Origin: a virus
Reading direction: 5' to 3' (one strand)
Virus record (IMG/VR): IMGVR_UViG_3300037149_000105
Span: 64,001-128,000 of that record
DNA: 64,000 nt
Shown piece after piece: positions 57,139 through 64,000 of this stretch; the first letter of the stretch is position 1, and every line of letters begins with the position of its first letter. The notes under the pieces are model-generated. The model was not told the DNA's origin and ran no database searches. It saw nothing but the letters and a program-made list of their open reading frames with translations. Position numbers and translations under genes: made by a program.

Positions 57139-57918
57139 TTAATTCTGAATGTTGTTGTTGGTGGTTTGAAGTGTGAAACTCAAGGGAAGGGGACGAGGGG
57201 TGCCGTAAGAGGAGACCATCATATTTGTTGTAATAATAGTGGGGTCCTCAGTATTCCTTACTGAACTAATACTCTCAATATCCTTCAACACTTCCTGTGG
57301 GGTCAATACCTGCACATTTTTTTGAGCTAGCTGTATCCTCTTCAGATTATCCAGTGCGTTTGAACACTCATTAGAGATATCATCCTCAGTTCCTAGAAAC
57401 TTTTGTCCAATGAAGTTTTTTAATTGAGAGGTAAAGGCAGGATAAAATATACAGTTGGAAGTTAAGAGAAACTTGTAAATGCGCTGAACAAGTTTGTAGA
57501 ACTCCCATACATGTAGGAAGGATCCATTTTGGGCAATCGTGTAGTCATTTACTTTATTGAACCCGTTGCACTTCAAACAGTAGGCTGCAACTGTGATATA
57601 TTGAATCTCTATGACCGGGTTGGTCAACCGCATCGACTGTCGAAACATGATCTTAGAGAGTTGAGCGGAGGCGGGAAAAGAGGTATCAGGCCATACATCC
57701 CAACCGTATTGCGGATGATTTTGAGGAATCTCCACACCTGAAATGAACACCTTTACCGAGGCTTTGGCACTCACCGTTCCCCTGATATGAATAGCATCCT
57801 GGTAGGCATTGGGGCTGGCATAGAGAAGAGTTTTAAGATCCGTTAAATCAACCGTCATCCTCTCCTTCACTTGGAGGTGGTTGCAGGGGGATAGGCGCAC
57901 ATCAAAATCGTAGGACAT
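57139..57918 (-). CDS. putative baseplate protein (gp25-like C-terminus)
   Basis: KL.Q...K.LLT....FYP.F.S.L; context next to baseplate J. Confidence 0.5.
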   Translation of the reverse strand: MSYDFDVRLSPCNHLQVKERMTVDLTDLKTLLYASPNAYQDAIHIRGTVSAKASVKVFISGVEIPQNHPQYGWDVWPDTSFPASAQLSKIMFRQSMRLTNPVIEIQYITVAAYCLKCNGFNKVNDYTIAQNGSFLHVWEFYKLVQRIYKFLLTSNCIFYPAFTSQLKNFIGQKFLGTEDDISNECSNALDNLKRIQLAQKNVQVLTPQEVLKDIESISSVRNTEDPTIITTNMMVSSYGTPRPLPLSFTLQTTNNNIQN

Positions 57919-57957
57919 AGTTCTCTCAAAATAGCTCCGGATAGCCAGATAGTTGGA

Positions 57958-58650
57958 TTAGCTTCCGGCACCCGCCTGTTGAGGGGTACCCGGAATTGCA
58001 GCCCCACTGGATAGGTGGCTGAATTGAGAGAGTTCCCATGCGGTCGGCTGATCTAACTGATTGACACGGAAGTAAGGCCCAGGAATTGAAATGTTGTTTA
58101 CACCTACAACTGGAGTTTTGATGTCATCAACAAGAACATTCTGATACTCATTCTTTCCAAACATAGTGGTTAACTCAGTCTGAAGCAATGGGACTTGAAT
58201 TTCCGCATCATTATGTAAATTGGCCATGTCTTCATGCCGCTCTATATGGTTCCGTAACCAATTCATCCAGAACATCCCCTCATCATCACGCTGTAACATA
58301 TACTGATAATAATTTTTTATCTTGCTCATGTTTACGGCACTGAGTTGGTCATTCCCGTTCACATAGGTAAAGTGGCCACTCGGTCCAGGCTGCCACTCTG
58401 CTTTTTGAAAACTAGGAAGCATTGGCTGTGGGGCAGATATATCGGGATATTCAGTCGCATAATATTTTTCCAGCAAACCAGCCGACTTTCTCAACTGGTT
58501 CGCTCTGATTTGATACCATGCCATAGCCAGAGGTTGATTTGGGCTATTCCTGGTAATCCAGGTGTTCAGAGAATCATTTTGAGTTTGGGACATGTGTCCC
58601 AAGAAATTGAAGGGAGGACCGGGCAGGGCGTAAGTATACGGAGATGTCAT
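57958..58650 (-). CDS. hypothetical virion protein
   Basis: 230 aa in structural operon. Confidence 0.65.
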   Translation of the reverse strand: MTSPYTYALPGPPFNFLGHMSQTQNDSLNTWITRNSPNQPLAMAWYQIRANQLRKSAGLLEKYYATEYPDISAPQPMLPSFQKAEWQPGPSGHFTYVNGNDQLSAVNMSKIKNYYQYMLQRDDEGMFWMNWLRNHIERHEDMANLHNDAEIQVPLLQTELTTMFGKNEYQNVLVDDIKTPVVGVNNISIPGPYFRVNQLDQPTAWELSQFSHLSSGAAIPGTPQQAGAGS

Positions 58651-58660
58651 TTAATCCTCA

Positions 58661-60739
58661 CTAATAACCCTGACCCTTATCATTATATGGAGGAGCGGGG
58701 GCAATCTCCACAGCTTCCACGGCTAGTAATACGTTGAGAGGTGCATCAAACATGCCGGATTTGGCGTGAATGGTGATATTGTAGCCTGGGCTGGGTGGCG
58801 CACCATTGGCCGTAGCGGTCAGTGTGGTAGTCAATGCGGTCCCCCCTGGCAGTAAGCTGAGGGTGGTGGGTGCGAAAATGAAAGTTGTTCCAGAAGGCTG
58901 ACCTGTGACAGTGAAATTCAAGGTGCCGACGAAGAGGAAGCTGGGGGTGTATTTGAGCACCCAAGCAACAGAAGAAGTCCCATCCTGGACAAACGTCTGG
59001 GTTGTTGCAGAGGTGGTGGAGACGGTGTAGTCTGGAATGGTACCACCGATAGCACTCTGATTCGTAGAGAAGGCGATAGAGCCAGTCTGCACCTGTGTTT
59101 GCGAGGCTCCGGGGTCCAAATCGGTTGTCAATTTCCATGCGATTGTATGATTTCCAGTCGGAACAGAGAACTGAGTCGTATCGATAGATGCAAGACCCAT
59201 AGCAATGTCTCCGTTCACAGGGTTGGTATAAGTTGTAGTCAGATTAGCAGTAACAAAGGATCCGCTATCAATCTGATACTGAATCAAGGAGACAACTTCT
59301 GGAGCCGCATTTACCACATTCTTTGGGTTCCAGTTGGGGGAGATATAGAACTCAACCGTGCCACTGAAATACAGATTGGTAGCTGGATTTCCCTTATCAT
59401 CAAACCACACGCCTGACGAATAGGAGTATTCATCCCCACCGACCAGAGCGTAAATAGTGTAGGCTGTAGTGCTCCCAGTTAGGTTTCCATTGATATAAAA
59501 AGATCCAAACCAATTTGTATAAGGAACAGTTGGACCAGTTGCTGAATAGCCAATTGACCACTCTGGGTAAGCGTTCCCTGAGGGGTCTAGCAGCAGCGTG
59601 GATGTATCAAAATTTGCATAGTATTGCTGCTGATAAACATTGTCCTGTTGAGCATTAATTACTATGGTTGGGGCTCCAACTTTTTCCATAGCCATAACGA
59701 TTGTCCGATTATTGATACTCTGGAGTTTAGGACTAGAGTAAGAGGTTCCCGTAACAAAATTGGCAGGCATAGCTACAATATTTACCGGAGCGGTCAGATC
59801 TGACAGAGTTCCAGAAGTGAGGGTTATCTGAGCTGTCAATCCTCCAGCGATGACACTAGAGGTAGCGGTTACGATGCCGTGAATGACGTCAGTTCCGGAG
59901 CCCCCGACCAGTGTAGCAGCCGTTGTGGCAATGGGGATGGCTGAGGAAACTTCTGAGACAATACTGAAACTCCAACCACTAGATGGGTAGGTTAGAGCCT
60001 GGGTTACAATTGTGTCTCCACTCAGGTAAGTGGCATTCTCAGTGAAAGCAAAAACGAGGCTCTGCATGGAGGAAGGTTGAGCAGCAATTGCCGTAGCGGT
60101 CATGCTCCACCCCGTGATCTGCCCATTCGCATTGGTGATTGGGGTGGGGGCTCCTAGAGTGACACCGCTCCCAGTAATGGAGGGTGAGAAGGTGGGGGAC
60201 TGTGAGCTGTGCAGCCTTCTAACTAGAGACACCGTGATAACATGAGTCGCCCCATCAGCTACGATGCTAGTCGGAGAAATGGAAGCAACTTGGGGCTGAC
60301 AGAGAGCCCACACATCAAAAGTAAATTGAGAACCACCGGACCCAGGTCCATTTGCTCCAGAAGCTGGGGGGATAAATGTATAGAGGTCATACTGATTAGA
60401 ATTACTTATAAAGGCGATATCAGTCAATGCGATTGAGACTGGAAAATTATCTGCCATCGCTGGGTCCCAAGTGAATGGGGAGGTGGGACTCCCACCAATA
60501 TATTGAAGCTGAGTGGTATCACTTACTGAATCATAAGCTATTTGTAATCTACCCTGCCCAGATCCCAGTGCCTTTGAAAACCCAATTACGTTATTTTGAA
60601 GGGCCAGTGGCTGTGTGGCGGATTGATTGGCTCCAGTTGCGTAAACTATCCCCGCCACTGTAGTGCTATTTGTCAAGTAAACATACCCCGAGTAACCTTC
60701 GAGGAGTGGAATGTATGGAACTGGATTAGTGGAAGACAT
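58661..60739 (-). CDS. Thr/Ser-rich beta-sandwich virion protein
   Basis: Ig-like composition; GAGG RBS. Confidence 0.7.
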   Translation of the reverse strand: MSSTNPVPYIPLLEGYSGYVYLTNSTTVAGIVYATGANQSATQPLALQNNVIGFSKALGSGQGRLQIAYDSVSDTTQLQYIGGSPTSPFTWDPAMADNFPVSIALTDIAFISNSNQYDLYTFIPPASGANGPGSGGSQFTFDVWALCQPQVASISPTSIVADGATHVITVSLVRRLHSSQSPTFSPSITGSGVTLGAPTPITNANGQITGWSMTATAIAAQPSSMQSLVFAFTENATYLSGDTIVTQALTYPSSGWSFSIVSEVSSAIPIATTAATLVGGSGTDVIHGIVTATSSVIAGGLTAQITLTSGTLSDLTAPVNIVAMPANFVTGTSYSSPKLQSINNRTIVMAMEKVGAPTIVINAQQDNVYQQQYYANFDTSTLLLDPSGNAYPEWSIGYSATGPTVPYTNWFGSFYINGNLTGSTTAYTIYALVGGDEYSYSSGVWFDDKGNPATNLYFSGTVEFYISPNWNPKNVVNAAPEVVSLIQYQIDSGSFVTANLTTTYTNPVNGDIAMGLASIDTTQFSVPTGNHTIAWKLTTDLDPGASQTQVQTGSIAFSTNQSAIGGTIPDYTVSTTSATTQTFVQDGTSSVAWVLKYTPSFLFVGTLNFTVTGQPSGTTFIFAPTTLSLLPGGTALTTTLTATANGAPPSPGYNITIHAKSGMFDAPLNVLLAVEAVEIAPAPPYNDKGQGY

Positions 60740-60748
60740 TAATTCCTC

Positions 60749-63700
60749 TTAATAGGTTGGAAGAGCGACCAAGAAGCCCTGCAATATTGTTAATACTCCA
60801 GGATTAATGGTTTGGAATGAGAAGGTTCCACTGGCCTTGGCCCCATTGGCAGTATTAATTAGTGTAATATCCAAGGAATTGCTTTGGATTCCAAGAGGAG
60901 CATTGGTCATATAACCATTTTGAAGCCCCTCAAATACTAGTTTAATAACGACAATTCCAGTGCTGCTAATTGACTCGATAACCCCCACCATATTTGAGTA
61001 GGCTCCAGTGTTGCTATTGACAGTGGTAGTGACCTGAAGCTGAGAAGCTGTTACCCCGGCTGGGATGCCGCTTCCATAAATATAGAAGCTCTGGTTGGGT
61101 CGGGGATTGATGGCTTGAATGTCGCCAGGAACTAAACCGATTGTACCCAAGAAGCCGGTTTGCGACCCACTGATAGAGTCAGGTCCAGTTTGTAGCGCAC
61201 CCAAAGGAGTGATGGTTTGCACCTGGAGATTCAAGGTTGCGCTGACGGTAGCTCCATCCGAATCAGTAACGGTGAACTCAACTGGTTGATTGAAGAGCGC
61301 AGTTGTCCCTGTAGTGGCGAGAACCCCACCCTCTGAAAGACTAACTCCGGTGGGTAGCACAGAGGCTAGATTGCAACTGTTACTGAGTGACTGAGAACAA
61401 GAGACTGTTTTTGGCAGAGTATCGGTTGGGGAAAGCTGGAAGGGGATGTTGATCACGCCTCTGATGGTCTGGTTGGTAACCGTGTCGGTAACCTGGACGG
61501 TTCCAACGTAGTTGTAGAACAATGTCTTGGTCAAACCAGAAACGGCAGGAACGGTATTTGTCAGAGTTGACCAAGGGAACAGACCGGTTCCAGAGTAGAG
61601 ACCACTACCTCCCGTGGCTGACACTGTGTAGGTTCCGGTTGCTCCAGTAGTAGTCAGGGTTCCTGTTGCCGCAACCGTAACGGTCCACCCATTTGCCAAC
61701 AGCCCACCACTTGCGGGGTCAGAACATTCCCAGACATAACCTGTTCCGCTCCCTCCGGTCGCAGCTAGCGTGTAACTAAAAGGCTGCCCGTTGGGGATAA
61801 TGGGGAGTGAAGAGGTGGTGATGGCTAATGTAGTGTTAACAATAGTGATGCTAAAGGTTGCAGTGGTGGTATCACTGATCCCATCAGTCAGTTGGAAAGT
61901 GGTGTTGTAGGTTCCGGTCCCCGCCGTGATGTTACCAGCCGTGATGGTTCCGGCAGAGTTCATTGACATCCCAGACGGGAGGGGAGTAGTTGTGGCCCAG
62001 GTGAGAGGTAGGTTGTTACTAAATCCAGAAAGATTGAAGGAGTAGTTGGATCCCGTCTGGCCTTGTGGAAGATTTGGACCAGGGGTGAGGATATCCACGC
62101 TTTCGATAGAATTGAGAATGATATACCCATTAACCAGTCCACCCGCACTATCAGCCAGCGTGACTTCAACTGACACGTTATTCAACACAGCCGTGGTGAC
62201 CCCGCTGATAAAAGCGGTTCCCCCCTGATCCACGCCATTGGCGTTGATCTGTAAACCTGCTGGGGCTGAGGCTGGGTTGGAAAACAACCAAGTGTAGGGA
62301 AGGACTCCAGAGCCGGTGGCGGTCAGAGTGGCGGAATAGTTGCCACCTCTGGTGATTGGTCCCACCCCCGATACATTAATTCCCAAGGGTGGGGGCTTGG
62401 GGACAACCGATAGATTAAACGGGGAGGAGGTTGTGTTGCTGCCTGAATCGGTAACAGAAATGGTGATACCATACAGGACTGAAGCAGGGATTGGAAGGGT
62501 TGCCCCCGCTACGGTCCCGCTGATAATTCCGGTGCTGGTATTTAACGAAAGTCCGGTTGGTAAAGAAGGGGACACTCCCCAGACATAACCAGTTCCAGTG
62601 CCACCCTGTGCCAACAACTTGAGGCTGTAAGGGACATTCAATTCCACATTAGGTAGTGGGGAAGCATTGATTATAGTCAGAGCAGATTCCACCGTTACCT
62701 GAATGGCCTGATTAAAGATGTTGTCATCTGAGTCAGTCACGGTAAACGTGATGGACTGAGCATAGCCTACATTTGAGGAGATACCACTTAGCAAACCGGT
62801 GGCACTTAAAGTAACCCCGCTTGGAAGAGTTCCCGAAGAGACGGTCCATGTGTAGCCACCCACCCCACCAACAGCGGTGAGTTGCTGGGAGTAGCTTTGA
62901 GTAGAGATGACGGAGGGGATGACAGTAGAGGTGATGGCAAGGGGGGCGATAAACGTTACTTCCAATCGCTTATAAATGTAGCCCTTCTTTCCAGTGCTGC
63001 TGATTGAGTTAACCCAGAAGTCAAAATAACCAGCTTCGGTGGGAGTGCCGGTGATAAGCAGAGTGTTACCACTCGTTGTAATGGTGAGACCGGCTGGCAT
63101 ATTTCCGAAAATCACGGAACCGCTAGTCAGAGCATCGGTTGAGGTGGAGGTGATGAACCCATTGTAGACTGATCCCAGCTTTCCGATTGGAAGGCTCTCG
63201 ATCAGTGTGTAGTCACTTGCAAAGAAGTTGAAGTTGATAGTGAAGGTTCCAACAACAACGCCGCTCTGATTAACAAATTCGATGATTGCGGGAGAGGTGT
63301 TGGCACTTTCGACTGGTCCGTATATCAATCCGGTATGTTGATCCAGGCTCAATCCAGTGGGGAGAGAGGAGCCTGCTTGGACTCGAACATACCATGTCGC
63401 ATCCCTGTCGTTATCTGGGGAGTTGAAGTAGGGCTTCTGGACGTTTAGAGTGAAGAAATCTCCTACGACCGCCGGAACGGTCATAACTGTGTTTGCTCCT
63501 AGATTTTCAAGGCTGCTCCCCGCATAGGGGATCGTGACATACGAGCGGTTGAGGGTGCCGATGACTTGGCTTGCTCTGATGAGAGGGATCTTTACATTGG
63601 CAATCGCGTTGATAGAAGTAGTTGGGGGTCCGGAAACTTCGATAAACTTGGATGGACCATCCACATATACCGTCAGGCCATTGGCTAGAGTGACCGCTGG

Positions 63701-64000
63701 AGAGGTCCCGATTACCACACCGGACTGACTTCCAGATACCTGGAAATCGTATGGGGTAGTATCTGAGGTGGCCCAGTATTTGTTTATTGCATAAGGAATA
63801 GGAGCAATGACAGAAGTTGTAGTGTTTAAAAGATAGTTGTAGGTTCTGGTTGTTATATTACTTGCACTATCTGAAATTCCTATATTGAACTGATGAGAGC
63901 CAGTTTTGATTCCAGCTTCATCTACAAATAAGATTTCGATCTGCCCATCGACCAGCTTGTAACCTGTGTCGGAGGTGGCAATAACGGCGATAATTTTGGA
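60749..64000 (-). CDS. Ig-like (He_PIG-type) repeat tail/adhesion protein, 5'-truncated by window
   Basis: Repeats ATGG...YTW....LP.G.SL...G.ISG...F.VTDS; frame stays open from 63718 to the window edge. Confidence 0.85.
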   Translation of the reverse strand, partial: SKIIAVIATSDTGYKLVDGQIEILFVDEAGIKTGSHQFNIGISDSASNITTRTYNYLLNTTTSVIAPIPYAINKYWATSDTTPYDFQVSGSQSGVVIGTSPAVTLANGLTVYVDGPSKFIEVSGPPTTSINAIANVKIPLIRASQVIGTLNRSYVTIPYAGSSLENLGANTVMTVPAVVGDFFTLNVQKPYFNSPDNDRDATWYVRVQAGSSLPTGLSLDQHTGLIYGPVESANTSPAIIEFVNQSGVVVGTFTINFNFFASDYTLIESLPIGKLGSVYNGFITSTSTDALTSGSVIFGNMPAGLTITTSGNTLLITGTPTEAGYFDFWVNSISSTGKKGYIYKRLEVTFIAPLAITSTVIPSVISTQSYSQQLTAVGGVGGYTWTVSSGTLPSGVTLSATGLLSGISSNVGYAQSITFTVTDSDDNIFNQAIQVTVESALTIINASPLPNVELNVPYSLKLLAQGGTGTGYVWGVSPSLPTGLSLNTSTGIISGTVAGATLPIPASVLYGITISVTDSGSNTTSSPFNLSVVPKPPPLGINVSGVGPITRGGNYSATLTATGSGVLPYTWLFSNPASAPAGLQINANGVDQGGTAFISGVTTAVLNNVSVEVTLADSAGGLVNGYIILNSIESVDILTPGPNLPQGQTGSNYSFNLSGFSNNLPLTWATTTPLPSGMSMNSAGTITAGNITAGTGTYNTTFQLTDGISDTTTATFSITIVNTTLAITTSSLPIIPNGQPFSYTLAATGGSGTGYVWECSDPASGGLLANGWTVTVAATGTLTTTGATGTYTVSATGGSGLYSGTGLFPWSTLTNTVPAVSGLTKTLFYNYVGTVQVTDTVTNQTIRGVINIPFQLSPTDTLPKTVSCSQSLSNSCNLASVLPTGVSLSEGGVLATTGTTALFNQPVEFTVTDSDGATVSATLNLQVQTITPLGALQTGPDSISGSQTGFLGTIGLVPGDIQAINPRPNQSFYIYGSGIPAGVTASQLQVTTTVNSNTGAYSNMVGVIESISSTGIVVIKLVFEGLQNGYMTNAPLGIQSNSLDITLINTANGAKASGTFSFQTINPGVLTILQGFLVALPTY

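Overview
Fragment of a large (jumbo-type) tailed bacteriophage genome, standard genetic code. 1-12.3 kb (+): nucleotide/RNA/protein-processing genes (HAD hydrolase, three metallophosphoesterases, Ntn/HslV-like protease, permuted NlpC/P60, nucleotidyltransferase-HD fusion, LAGLIDADG nuclease, P-loop kinase). 12.3-25.5 kb (+): a very large RNA operon with 17 conventional tRNAs, several aberrant tRNA-like RNAs, a tmRNA, three HNH nucleases and many further helix-closed non-coding RNAs, several present as diverged paralogous pairs with covarying stems. 26-37.8 kb (+): small early genes behind a repeated TATACA-N17/18-TATACT promoter, including two 2H phosphoesterases, a vWA protein and a DUF2828-type Ro60/TROVE-like protein. 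37.8-64 kb (-): probable virion-internal proteins, a 2188-aa polyvalent protein (kinase-like, CCA-adding, ART-like, glycosylase-like, GNAT-like domains), baseplate genes and an Ig-repeat tail protein that runs off the window. Best candidate for an undescribed system: a four-copy RNA family (AGAC-N5-CAGCAA...GTCTWG) that displays isolated Tyr/Trp-like anticodon stem-loops, one copy sitting directly upstream of the Ro60-like gene, inside a genome rich in tRNA-repair functions. All protein family calls are by motif recognition only; no searches were run.
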